Source: an uncultured Acidobacteriota bacterium
GTDB lineage: Bacteria; Acidobacteriota; Thermoanaerobaculia; Multivoradales; JAHEKO01
Assembly (NCBI GenBank): GCA_963713825.1
Contig: CAVQNG010000003.1
Span: 960,001 to 1,024,000 of the forward strand
Reading direction: 5' to 3'
DNA: 64,000 nucleotides
Shown here one piece after another: positions 31,736-44,070 of the stretch (the first letter of the stretch is position 1; the number at the start of each line of letters is the position of its first letter). A model generated the notes under the pieces. That model was not told the DNA's origin and did not search any database. It saw only the letters and a list, made by a program, of their open reading frames with translations. The translations under genes were made by a program, and so were the position numbers.

Positions 31736-32473
31736 GTGAAATCCAGACTGACGACGATTCTGATCCTGGTCGTTCTGCTGGTGGGACAGGCGGCCAGCCT
31801 TTCGGCCGAGCTTCCACTCGACGCGGTCAAGGACGAGAAGATCCGCAAGGCCCTGCGAGAGGTCTCGCTACAGCTACTCTTCGGCAACCCGGTGATGACC
31901 CGCTCGAACGCCAGGGATATCGCCTGGGGTCTCTTCAATCGCGGCCTGAGTCAGGAGCGCACCGCCATGGGCTACGCCCTGGCCATGCAGGCGGTCGCCG
32001 AGGCGACTCTGCACCAGGACCGGGAGGCGCTCTGGCACTGGGACATGGCTCAGATCATGGTGCCGAACCTGCGGGCCGAACTGGTGCAGAGCTACAGTGG
32101 TCTGGTGGGTATGTTCGATGCCAGTCCCTTTCGCGATCAACCCTCGGCGATCGAGCGTTTGTCGGCCGAAGGTGAGTGGCTGCCTTCGGACGGCGGCGAG
32201 ATTCAGCCCGCACGGGTCGTGGAGCGAGCCGACATTCCCTCGCCGAGCCGTAAGCGCAATGCCCTTGTCGGACAACGCGTCAAGGTGTCCTATCTGGTCG
32301 ATACCCAGGGCAGGACCTATACCCCGGTGGTCGAAGAAGGTGGTGAGAACACCCTGGCGGTCTTCACCGTTCTCGAGTCCATCCTGGTGTGGCGGCACGA
32401 GTCAGCGACGATCGATGGCGACGCTCGGTGGTCGCGCACGGGCGGTGTCTTTTCGTTCCAGAAAGATCGGTAG
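31736..32473 (+). CDS. Exported protein with TonB C-terminal-like domain
   Basis: Signal peptide; C-terminal PARVVER..VKVSYLVDTQG..WRHESATIDG resembles TonB_C. Confidence 0.6.
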   Translation: MKSRLTTILILVVLLVGQAASLSAELPLDAVKDEKIRKALREVSLQLLFGNPVMTRSNARDIAWGLFNRGLSQERTAMGYALAMQAVAEATLHQDREALWHWDMAQIMVPNLRAELVQSYSGLVGMFDASPFRDQPSAIERLSAEGEWLPSDGGEIQPARVVERADIPSPSRKRNALVGQRVKVSYLVDTQGRTYTPVVEEGGENTLAVFTVLESILVWRHESATIDGDARWSRTGGVFSFQKDR

Positions 32474-32493
32474 TTTGAGTCGAGACTCCATCT

Positions 32494-33178
32494 ATGAAAA
32501 CCAGGGTCTGCATTGTCCTGCTGCTCCTGGTATTGCTACTCCCCGTAAGCTGGATCAGCCGTACCGAAGGGTTCCTCGATGGCAGTTGGCTAGGTGTATC
32601 CACAGCCACCTGGTTCTGGCTCTCGATTCTGTTTCCCATTCTGCATCAGGTCTGGGTCTGGATCTGTTGGCGAATGGAGCTGCACTATCAATGGCTCAGC
32701 CGGAGTCTCGGACCCTGGGGGTTCAGAGTCTACGGTGCCGGTTTTGCGCTGCTCTCCTTCGCACGGCTTTTCACCCTGACCGCCACGGCCGTTGCTGATC
32801 AGGGCAGCCTGGACGTCAATCGTGGCTTGCTCCATCATACTGACCCTGGTGCTGGCGATTCCGACCTTCTATACCTTTTACTCCGTGAGTCGCTACTTTT
32901 CCTACCGCCGCGCTCTTGGCATCGATCACTTCGACCCCTCCTATCGAACCAAGCCCTTCGTGCGAAAAGGCATCTTCCGGTTTACCAGAAACGGTATGTA
33001 CACCTTCGGTCTGATGATCGTCTGGCTACCAGGACTGATCTGGGCCTCGAAAGCGGCGCTTCTGTCGGCCGTCTTCTCGCATCTCTATATCTGGGTGCAC
33101 TACTACTGCACCGAGTTGCCGGACATGCGGCGAATCTACGGGGCAGCCAGGGCCGACGAGTCCACAAGGAACAGCTGA
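32494..33178 (+). CDS. PEMT/ICMT-family integral membrane methyltransferase (frameshift near 32830)
   Basis: ALGIDHFD, FVRKGIFRFTRNGMY and ELPDMRRIYG in the downstream frame. Confidence 0.75.
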
Positions 33179-33193
33179 ACAGGGAGACCCAAG

Positions 33194-34612
<1,419 letters not shown>

Positions 34613-34631
34613 TCGAAAGGCAGCGAACTTC

Positions 34632-35961
34632 ATGAGTCAAGGTGAACAGTCCGCGGGCAGAACGAATCACGGGTTCTTCCAGCGCTTTCTCCATTCCGAA
34701 GTGGCCGGCAGCGTGGTGCTGCTGGCTTGCACGATCCTGGCGCTGATCTGGGCCAACTCACCGGCCGCCGACAGCTACCGGCAGCTGACCCAGACCTATA
34801 TCGGCATCTCCTGGGGCGACCACGGCTTCAAGTTGTCGCTCCAGCACTGGATCAACGACCTTCTGATGGCGGTCTTCTTCTTCGTGGTCGGTCTCGAGAT
34901 CAAGCGGGAGATGGTTCTCGGTGAGCTTTCTTCGTTCAAGCAGGCGATCTTGCCGGTGACAGCGGCGATCGGCGGCATGGTCGTGCCAGCAGCGATCTAC
35001 CTCATGTTCAACGTCGGCGGCGAAGGTGAGGCTGGATGGGGAATCCCCATGGCGACCGACATCGCGTTTGCGCTCGGGTATTCTCGCGATCTTCGGCAAG
35101 CGGGTACCGCTCGGGTTGAAGATCTTTTTGACCGCCCTGGCGATCGCCGACGACATGGGTGCCGTTCTGGTGATCGCTCTGTTCTATACGGAGAAGGTCA
35201 ATCTGAGCGCGCTGATCGTGGCTGCGGTCTTCCTCTTCCTGCTGCTTGCGGCTTCCAAGGCCAATGTCCGTCGAGTCGGCGTCTACGTCTTTCTCCTGCT
35301 CGGGGTCTGGCTGGCGGTCTTCGCCTCGGGCGTGCACGCCACGGTCGCAGGCATCCTGGTTGCCATGGTGGTGCCGGTTCGTGCTCGACTGGATCCGCAC
35401 CAGTTCGTGGACATGCTCGAAACGAGTTGGCGCAAGCTCGAGAGTTCCACGCTGACGCAGGAGAGCATGGTTTCGAACAACGAGCAGTACGAGGCCTTAC
35501 GGACGATCGATCTTGCGGCTACCGACATGTTGCCGCCGGGCCTGGTCCTGGAGCGCTACCTGCACCTGGGGCAAGCGTTTCTGATCCTGCCGCTCTTTGC
35601 TTTCTTCAATGCGGGGGTCACGATTAGCGGAGATATCTTTCAGATCCTGGCCAACCCGGTGAGCCTCGGCATCGTTCTGGGTTTGGTGCTCGGCAAGCAG
35701 ATCGGCGTCTTCTTGTTCAGCTGGTTGGCTATCAAGTCCGGCCGGGCTGCCCTGCCGTCCGGGGTCACCTGGGGACAGATCTGGGGCGCCAGTTGTCTGG
35801 CCGGGGTTGGATTCACCATGTCGCTCTTCATCAGCGAACTCGCCTTCAAGGATCCCGACATCGTCAGTGAAGCCAAAATCGGCATCCTCGTGGCTTCGCT
35901 TGTCGCCGGTGTCCTGGGCTACTTCGTACTGACCAGGGCCCTACCCAAGAGAAAGTCGTAG
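34632..35961 (+). CDS. nhaA: Na+/H+ antiporter NhaA (frameshift near 35075)
   Basis: WINDLLMAVFFFVVGLEIKRE, PMATDIAF, LAIADD, GVGFTMSLFI. Confidence 0.92.
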
Positions 35962-37679
35962 TGGCAGATCCGGCCCTCGCCGCGGGCGAGATTCAGCAGA
36001 TCGATTGGATGACCCTGGGGATGGGTCTCGCCGGTGGCCTGGCGATGTTCCTGTTCGGCCTCGACCTGATGGCGAAAGCCCTGCAGTCGGCCGCTGGCAC
36101 CAGCATGAAGTTCGTTCTGGGCAAGCTGACCAAGAACCGGGTCCTTGGGGCGATCACCGGAGCCTTTGTCACTGCGGTGCTGAATTCATCGTCAGTGACG
36201 ACGGTCCTCGTAGTGGGGTTCATCAGCGCCGGCCTGATGACGCTCGCCCAATCGATCAGCGTCATCATGGGCGCCAATATCGGCAGCACCTTCACGGCCC
36301 AGATCGTCGCCTTCAACGTCACGCAGTACGCCCTCGCGATGGTGGCCATCGGCTTTGCGATGATGTTCACGGCCAAGCGGGAGAAGGTGGAGCTCTACGG
36401 CTCGATGCTCTTGGGCCTGGGTCTGCTGTTCTATGGCATGGGTGTCATGGGATCGTCCATGGCGCCATTGGTCGATTACCAGCCCTTTCTGGAGTTCATG
36501 CAGCGGATGGAGGTTCCCATTCTGGGAATCCTGGCAGGGATGGTCTTCACCGCCATGGTCCAGTCGTCGGCTGCGACCACTGGAATCGCCATCGTCATGG
36601 CGAGCGAAGGACTGGTATCTCTCGAGGCGGGGATCGCTCTGGCCCTGGGCGCCAACATCGGCACCTGTGTCACCGCCCTGCTCGCGGCCATCGGAAAGAC
36701 CAGGGAAGCACAACGGGCCGCCGCTGCTCACATCCTGTTCAATGTCCTGGGCGTTCTTCTTTGGGTTGGCTTCATCGGTCAACTGGCAGAGTTGGTGCGA
36801 TGGATCTCACCGGTGCATGCGGAGCTACAAGGCTCAGCGAAGATGGCTGCTGAAGTGCCACGGCAGATTGCCAATGCCCACACCGTATTCAATGTGGCGA
36901 ACACCCTGATCTTTCTTCCCTTTACTGCCCAACTGGCTCGTCTCGTCGAGAAGCTGCTGCCCGACCGTCCAGAAGCCGCAGAGACGGTCATTGTCACGGC
37001 CAAGTACCTGGACGAGGCGCTCGTCGAAGCGCCCACCCTGGCGCTCGAGCGAGTCAGACTCGAGTTGGGGCACATGGGCGAGGTCGTCGAAGAGATGCTG
37101 GTGAGCCTGGGAGCGGCCTTGCAGAGCGGCAGCCAGAGTGCGCTCGATGAGATCCACCGGCTCGATGACCATGTAGACATTCTGCACAAACACATCTTGA
37201 CCTACCTCGGTGAGATCCGCCGGCAGCCCTTGACGGACAAGGAGAGTCAAGAGTTCCTTTCCCTCATGAGCACTAGCGACTATCTGGAGAGTATCGGCGA
37301 TGTGGTCGAGGATGGATTGGCCGAGGTCGGCCACAAGATGCTGAACGAGGGAGTCAGGCCCAGTGACGAGACTCTCCTGATGTTGAGGGATCTCTATGAC
37401 GCGGTGTCGAAAGCAGTGAGCAAGTCTATCGAGGCGGTGAAGGGCAACAATCAGAAGGCTGCCCAGGAGGTGTTGGCCCTGAAGGGTGAGGTCAACCGGA
37501 GCATCTCACAGGTCTTCGACCGACAGGCGGAACGCCTTGCCATCGACGATCCAGAGCGCCCAACCGTCTTCCGACGGGAAATGGCGATTGTCGACAACAT
37601 GAAGAGGATCTATACGCTCAGCAAGCGAATCGCCAAGCTCCTGCTACCCGAGGAGCTTCTCAGCGCCGAGGCAGAGTGA
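35961..37679 (+). CDS. Na+/Pi cotransporter family protein with PhoU-like C-terminus
   Basis: NSSSVTT / QSSAATT repeats, two GANIG motifs, helical PhoU-like tail. Confidence 0.92.
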   Translation: MADPALAAGEIQQIDWMTLGMGLAGGLAMFLFGLDLMAKALQSAAGTSMKFVLGKLTKNRVLGAITGAFVTAVLNSSSVTTVLVVGFISAGLMTLAQSISVIMGANIGSTFTAQIVAFNVTQYALAMVAIGFAMMFTAKREKVELYGSMLLGLGLLFYGMGVMGSSMAPLVDYQPFLEFMQRMEVPILGILAGMVFTAMVQSSAATTGIAIVMASEGLVSLEAGIALALGANIGTCVTALLAAIGKTREAQRAAAAHILFNVLGVLLWVGFIGQLAELVRWISPVHAELQGSAKMAAEVPRQIANAHTVFNVANTLIFLPFTAQLARLVEKLLPDRPEAAETVIVTAKYLDEALVEAPTLALERVRLELGHMGEVVEEMLVSLGAALQSGSQSALDEIHRLDDHVDILHKHILTYLGEIRRQPLTDKESQEFLSLMSTSDYLESIGDVVEDGLAEVGHKMLNEGVRPSDETLLMLRDLYDAVSKAVSKSIEAVKGNNQKAAQEVLALKGEVNRSISQVFDRQAERLAIDDPERPTVFRREMAIVDNMKRIYTLSKRIAKLLLPEELLSAEAE

Positions 37680-37764
37680 TTCGCGGCTTGGCCAGATCGG
37701 GGTTTTGCAGTCGAATCACAGATGTCGGAATGGGCATTGGAAGGGAGAGGAATTGGCAAGCCAG

Positions 37765-38202
37765 ATGACACACCGAGTCAGACTGCTGGTGGGTATTGGA
37801 GCTCTGGTGGCGGCGACCGCCATGGCCATGTTCGTGAATGTGGAGTTCCTCGGGGGAGTCGATATCGCGGCATTCTCCACTTATTCCTGGGTCGAGGGCA
37901 CGCCGCCGGCAAACTTCGAAGTGGCGCAGGCCATTCGGGGGACTGCCGACAAAGAGCTCGCCCAGAAGGGCTACAAGAAGGTGGAGGGACCCGCCGATTT
38001 CACGATGGCGATCCACACCGACCGCGACGATATGTTCCAGGGTGGAACCTTGCGAGTCGAGGCCTACGAAGGCTCCAGCGAAGAGCCGATGTGGCGCGGC
38101 AAGGCCGAAGGTGTCCTGACCACGACCAATCCCAACAAGCTGCCGCGGCTGGCAAGTCAGGCCACCAAGAAGATGTTCAAGAAGTTTCCCAAGGCAAGAT
38201 GA
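37765..38202 (+). CDS. DUF4136 domain exported protein
   Basis: FSTYSW, GTLRVE..MWRG, MFKKFP. Confidence 0.8.
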   Translation: MTHRVRLLVGIGALVAATAMAMFVNVEFLGGVDIAAFSTYSWVEGTPPANFEVAQAIRGTADKELAQKGYKKVEGPADFTMAIHTDRDDMFQGGTLRVEAYEGSSEEPMWRGKAEGVLTTTNPNKLPRLASQATKKMFKKFPKAR

Positions 38203-38249
38203 TGGCACTGGGCCGAGGATGCAGTGCAGCCCTGAGCCCAATGTCGTGG

Positions 38250-38427
38250 GCAGGCCCGTCCGGGTGGTCCGCAGGCGGACGGCGACGGCTACTCAGACTG
38301 CGACGGGCGGGCCGCCGCCTCGTCTCGTCATCGCGCCCCATCTCCTGTGCACTATGGAGGACCTTGCGCTGCGCTCGACTCGGCGCCCCCTGCGAACCAC
38401 CCGAACGAACCTTTGGCACCTGTGAAG
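38250..38427 (-). repeat. ~175-nt structured element, copy 2 (family B)
   Basis: Reverse complement of 18870..19046 with scattered substitutions. Confidence 0.88.
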
Positions 38428-38445
38428 GAAGTGGAGTCGATCAGA

Positions 38446-39384
38446 ATGAAAAGCCTATCTATAGCCGCGATGATGCTGGTTTTGGTCGGAGGTTGTAGTC
38501 CTCCGGAGGTCGAGCAAGCCTCCGAGCCGAGCCCTGTCGAACCGGTGGAGTTGGACGACGAAGCATGGACTGCCGCGCTTCTCGAGGAGAGGCAGGAGAT
38601 CGAAGAGGAGTTCAGGACGTCCAAGGAATCGCCGATGGCGGGCAGCCAGTACCTGAAGTCGGAGCCGATGGACGAGGTCTATCTGCTCCTCCGAGACGGG
38701 GTGTTCGAGCTGGCTGACTCACCGATGGATGGCACCGAGGTCGGAGTTGTCAAACAGGATGAGGCTTGGCATGTGCAGGGCCTGGGGCAGGATGTCGTAG
38801 GCCAAGTGGGCGAAGAGGCGGCGGTAGTGGGCGCCGCCCTTGAAGGGCCGGCATCCTTCGACATCGGCGAATTCCATCTCAACTTCTATCCGAGCGAGGA
38901 CCGGGTGACCTTCATTGTCTTCGATCCCCAGAGGCCTGAGATGGTGGAGTTCGAGCACCTCCTCTACTTCCCGCCAGACCGAAAGTACGAGGTCGACGCC
39001 AAGCTGGTCGTTCTTCCGGACCCCGAGAAGCTCGAGATTCCTACAACCCGGAACCTGATCAAGACTTTCTACAAGTACGCAGCGATCGAGTTCGAGATCG
39101 ATGGCGAAAAGCAGGAGTTGACCGCTCTCAAGAGTGCACTCGAAGGCGATGGCTCCGAAGGACTGTTCATCGCCTTCAAGGACACCACCACAGGGCGGGA
39201 GACCTACGGTGCCGGCCGGTATCTGATGATCGACGACCCGGAGAGCGAGAATTTCGTGCTCGACTTTAATCGCGCCTTCAACCCGCTGTGCAACTACTCG
39301 CCCGCCTACAACTGCACTCTCCCGCTCCGGGAGAACCACTTGGATGTCGCCATCCGGGCTGGCGAGTTGGCGTACCCGCACTAA
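38446..39384 (+). CDS. DUF1684 domain lipoprotein
   Basis: Lipobox-like VGGC; FKDTTTGRETYGAGRY, LDFNRAFNPLCNYSPAYNC. Confidence 0.9.
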   Translation: MKSLSIAAMMLVLVGGCSPPEVEQASEPSPVEPVELDDEAWTAALLEERQEIEEEFRTSKESPMAGSQYLKSEPMDEVYLLLRDGVFELADSPMDGTEVGVVKQDEAWHVQGLGQDVVGQVGEEAAVVGAALEGPASFDIGEFHLNFYPSEDRVTFIVFDPQRPEMVEFEHLLYFPPDRKYEVDAKLVVLPDPEKLEIPTTRNLIKTFYKYAAIEFEIDGEKQELTALKSALEGDGSEGLFIAFKDTTTGRETYGAGRYLMIDDPESENFVLDFNRAFNPLCNYSPAYNCTLPLRENHLDVAIRAGELAYPH

Positions 39385-39480
39385 GGGTTGAGGCAGCCGG
39401 CGTTCCTTCGGCTGGTCTTTGAGGGCTTGGGGTTGAAGCAGCCGTCGCTGGCTCCGGCTGATCTTTTGGGCAGTGGGGGG
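39385..39480 (-). repeat. REP-like hairpin doublet (family A)
   Basis: The reverse complement reads …gatcagccg..cggctgcttcaaccccaagccctcaaagaccagccg..ccggctgcctcaaccc. Confidence 0.85.
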
Positions 39481-39650
39481 AACACTGCCACCTCGCCAGA
39501 GGCATTTCCGACCACCCACACAACCACGGATCGCCTCATTGCCTCGGAACCCCCAAGAAAAGATGGTCATCTGTTCAGGACCCAGGACCCGAGCCCCAGG
39601 ACGGGAGGGTGGGCTGGGATCGCCGGGCGCCTCAACCCGGAAGGCGAGCT

Positions 39651-42600
39651 CTACGCTGGTGTCTGAGGCGTCGGCGTCGGTTGTGGCGTCGGGGCTGGCT
39701 TTTTGCGGCTCATCTTCTCCGCCGCGGTCTGTACGACGAAGTACAGGAGCGGAATCATGAAGACGCCGGCCACGGTAGCCAGGAGCATGCCGCCGAAGAC
39801 GGCCGTTCCCAGGCTGACACGACTGTTCGCTCCAGCACCCGAGGCAATCACCAGTGGGATCACGCCGAGTAGGAATGACAGGGCGGTCATCAAGATCGGA
39901 CGGAAGCGGAGCCTGGCGGCCTCGCGGGCAGCCTCGACGATCGATTTACCGAATTCGTCTCGTTGCTGTTTGGCAAACTCGACGATAAGAATCGCGTTCT
40001 TCGCCGACATGCCAATGAGGAGCACAAAACCGATCTGGGTGTAGATGTTGTTATCGAACCCGCGCAGAAGGGTAAAGATAATGGCACCGAGAATCGCCAA
40101 AGGCACCGACAACAGCACCGCGATCGGTGTCGCCCAACTTTCGTACTGTGCCGCCAGAAAGAGAAAGACCATGATCAGCGCCAGAGAGAAGATCAAGGGC
40201 GCCACATTGCCCGACTCTTTCTGCTGCTGTGTGACGCCCGACCAGGCATAGCCCATCTGACTGGGAAGGATCTCCTTCGCAATCCGCTCGATCTCGTCGA
40301 CGGCTTGACCTTCGCTGTATCCGGGCGCTGGCGCACCCGTAATGGTCGACGAAGGGAACATGTTGAATCGGTTGATCACCGAGGGACCCACATCTTCATG
40401 CACGGAGAGCAAGGTGGAAAGCGGCACCATCAGGCCCTCGGCCGTGCGAACCTCGAGGCGTTGAATATCACTGACTCGATTCCGGAACGTCTCGTCGGCT
40501 TGCACCATGACGCGCCACGTGCGGCCAAAGCGGTTGAAATCGTTGACGTAGGCCGAGCCCAGATTGGCCTGCAAAGTGTCGAAAACGGTCTGCAGCGGAA
40601 TATTCAGTCGCTTGGTCTTCTCCCGATCCACATCGATATAGATCTGGGGAACATTCGACTGAAAGTTCTGATTCAAGCGGGTGATCTTGCCGCTTTGGTA
40701 GCCAGCCGTCACCATATCGTTGGCAAACGTCTCGAGCTGGAGCAGCCCTAAGCCACCAAGGTCTTGCAGCTCCATCTGAAAGCCACTGCCAGAGCCCAGA
40801 CCCTGAATCGGCGGGGGCCCAAATGCGAAGACGGTGCCCTCCCGCATCTTCGACAGTACTCCCTGGATCATCCCGATGGTCTCGAACACCGTGTTCTCTC
40901 GCTCACTCCAAGGCACGAGAGTAATGATCCCGGCACCAAAGTTGGGACCCTGTACTTGATCGAGGAATGAGTACCCACCAATGGCAATCGAGTTCTGAAT
41001 CCCGGGCAGCTTCTCGACCTCCGCCATGACGACGTCCATCACTTCCCGGGTTCTGGCGAGCGAAGCCGCATTGGGCAGCTGGATGTTGACAAAGAAGTAG
41101 CCTTCGTCTTCAGACGGAACGAAGCCACCAGGCATGGCGCCGAATCCGTAGACCATGGCTCCCACCAGCCCCGCAAAGATGATCATCACGATGATCGCTT
41201 TTCTTATCAAACCACCCACAGCGCGGCCGTAGGAGGCCGACATGCGATCGAAGTACTTGTTGAACTGCCGAAAGAACCAACCGGGCTCTTTGGCCTCGGA
41301 GCTCGGTTTCAGCAACATGCCGCAAAGCGCCGGGCTGAGTGTCAGGGCGTTGATGGAGGAGAAGATCGTGGCGACCGAAATGGTAATGGCAAAGGGCCGA
41401 TACATGCGCCCCGTCAGGCCGGGCATGACCAGCGTCGGCGCGAACACCGCCAGTAGCACGAGGGTTGTAGCAACGATGGCACCACCCACTTCGTCCATCG
41501 CCTTGGCCACGGCCTCTTTGGGACCCAGGCCCTCGGTGTCCATGATCCTCATGGTGTTCTCCACCACGACGATGGCATCGTCCACCACGATACCGATCGC
41601 CAGGACCAGTCCGAACAACGTCAGGTTGTTGATGGACTGACCGGTCACCAGCATGACGGAGAAGGTACCGATCAGGGCCACCGGAATCGTCACCGATGGC
41701 ACGACCGTGGTGCGAAAATCCTGCAAGAAGATATATACCGAGAAGATCACCAGGATGATGGCAATCACCAGCGATGTGACGACCTCCTTGATCGAGGCCT
41801 CGATGTAACGGGTCGCGTCGAAGGGAATCGAGTATTCCAGGCTCTCGGGAAACCGTGTCGACAGCTCTTCGAGAGCAGCGATCACACCTTGCGCCACGGC
41901 CAGTGCGTTCGAGCCCGGTAGCTGGTAGATCCCCATCGAGATGGCCGGCGCGCCATCGAGCTCGGAGTACCAGGCATAGGACAGGGCTCCCAATTCGACC
42001 CGGGCCACATCGGCAATACGAACCAACTGGCCCGCCTCGCCCCGCTTGACGATGATCTGCTCGAACTGGCTGACCTCAGCCAATCTACCGAGAGTCGTCA
42101 GGGTGTATTCGAAGTTGAGATTCCCCGAATTGGGCTCTTCGCCGATCTTGCCCGCCGCGACCTGGACATTTTGCTCTTTGAGGGCATTCAGAACTTCGTT
42201 GGTGGTCAGATTGCGGGCCTTGAGCAGCTCAGGATCCAACCAGATCCTCATGCTGTAGTCCTTGGCACCGAACATCATGACTTCGCCAACGCCATTCACC
42301 CGGGCCAGTACATCCTTGACCTGGGTGGTGGCATAGTTGCTCAGATAGAGCTCATCGCGCTTGCCGTCCGGAGAGTACAGAGCCGCCACCATGACCATGG
42401 AAGTGGACTGCTTCTTGGTGGTCACACCCTGTTGCTTCACCTCTGCGGGCAGCTTGGGGTCAGCGATGGAGACCCGATTCTGGGCCAGCACCTGGGCCAT
42501 GTCGGGGTCGGTGCCCACCGCAAAGGTAATGGTGAGGTTCATGCTGCCGGTGGCAGGGGCTCTTCGAGGACATGTAGAGCATGTTCTCGACGCCATTGAC

Positions 42601-42813
42601 CTCCTGCTCGATCGGTTGAGCGACCGTTTCGGCAAGAACCTCCGCACTGGCACCCGGATAGCTGGTAGAGACCTTGACAGTCGGCGGGGTGATGTTCGGA
42701 ACGCTCTCGACAGGCAGGATCGGGATCGAGAGCAAGCCGAGGAGCACGATCACGATAGCGATCACCATCGCGAAGATGGGTCGATAGATGAAGAATTTAC
42801 TGAATCCACCCAT
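39651..42813 (-). CDS. RND efflux permease, HAE1/AcrB family (frameshift near 42560)
   Basis: [30 protein letters not shown]. Confidence 0.94.
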
Positions 42814-42816
42814 CGA

Positions 42817-44070
42817 TCAACCGTCCTCGCTCGCGGGTTCGGCAGGCTGCTCGTCTTGACCGGTGGTTGCTTCGGGTTGACTCGCAGGCTGTGGCCGCTC
42901 GCTCGGCTCCGGAGTGTCGGACACTGTGTCGGGTGTCACCGGCATCCCAGGCCGCGCTCTCAACAGGCCTTCGACGATATAGGTCTCCGAGCCTTCGAGG
43001 CCCTCGAGGATTGGCACCATGCCGTCGGGTTCGACCACACCCAGCTGGACGTAGCGCCGCTCGACGAGGTTGTCATTACCCACGACGTAGACATAGCGCC
43101 CTCCCAGGTCGGTGCCGAGTGCTTGCTCGCGAATCAGCACGGCATCTTCCAGCAACTGGATGGGGATCCGCACCCGGACAAAGAGACCGGGGAACAGACT
43201 CAGCTCTTCATTGGGCAGTACAGCTCGTAGTTGGATGGTGCCTGTCGCCGCATCCACTGTGTTGGAGACATAGTCGATGGGACCGCTGAACGGGAAGTCA
43301 TCGTCGATCAAGGTCGCAACCTGGGCCATCGTCGTTTCTTGTCGCTCGAGTCTGGACTGGTCGATCTCCGTCGTCAGGTCCATGTTCCTCAACGCCCGCA
43401 GAACTATTTCCTCGGGAGCATCGAAGTAGACGAACATCGGCTGCATGCGATTGACCGTGGTCAGCAGCGTGCCCTCAGCTCCGCTGACGATGTTGCCGCG
43501 ATCCACCTGATTGCGGCCTACCTGGCCGGTAATGGGCGCACCGACTTGGGTGTAGGAGAGTTGAAGCTCGGCTCGATCGAGTGCCGCCTCGGCCGACAGC
43601 ACGGATGCTCTCGCCATGTCGCGATTGGCCCTGGCGAGATCCACGTCGGACTGGCTCACGGCGTTGGTCTTGACGGCCTGCTCGACCCGCTGGAGGTCGG
43701 ATTCGGTTCTTGCGAGATCCGCCTCGGCGGATTTGAGAGCCGCGTCCGCGGCATCCCGTTCCGCCTTGTACTGGCGCGGCTCGATCACAAACAGGGTCGC
43801 GCCCTCTTGCACGATCGTGCTGGGCTCGAAGGAGATCTGCTCGAGCTCGCCGGTGACTCGCGCCCTGACTTCGACCGACTCGAAGGCCCGAGTGGACCCG
43901 AGATGCTCCGAGAAGACCGTCACGTCGCGCAGGATCGGCTGGGCTACCCCGACATCAGGAGGTGGAGGCGGGCCGGTCTCGGCGTCTCCACCGCAGCCCA
44001 CGGCCAGAGCGGCCAGCGTCGCAAGAAGCAGGCAGCTCCATACGCTGCCCGGTCGGAAAGGTGTTCTCAT
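42817..44070 (-). CDS. RND periplasmic adaptor (membrane fusion protein)
   Basis: Lipobox LAVGC, VEVRARVTG, APITG, TGTIQLRA. Confidence 0.93.
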   Translation of the reverse strand: MRTPFRPGSVWSCLLLATLAALAVGCGGDAETGPPPPPDVGVAQPILRDVTVFSEHLGSTRAFESVEVRARVTGELEQISFEPSTIVQEGATLFVIEPRQYKAERDAADAALKSAEADLARTESDLQRVEQAVKTNAVSQSDVDLARANRDMARASVLSAEAALDRAELQLSYTQVGAPITGQVGRNQVDRGNIVSGAEGTLLTTVNRMQPMFVYFDAPEEIVLRALRNMDLTTEIDQSRLERQETTMAQVATLIDDDFPFSGPIDYVSNTVDAATGTIQLRAVLPNEELSLFPGLFVRVRIPIQLLEDAVLIREQALGTDLGGRYVYVVGNDNLVERRYVQLGVVEPDGMVPILEGLEGSETYIVEGLLRARPGMPVTPDTVSDTPEPSERPQPASQPEATTGQDEQPAEPASEDG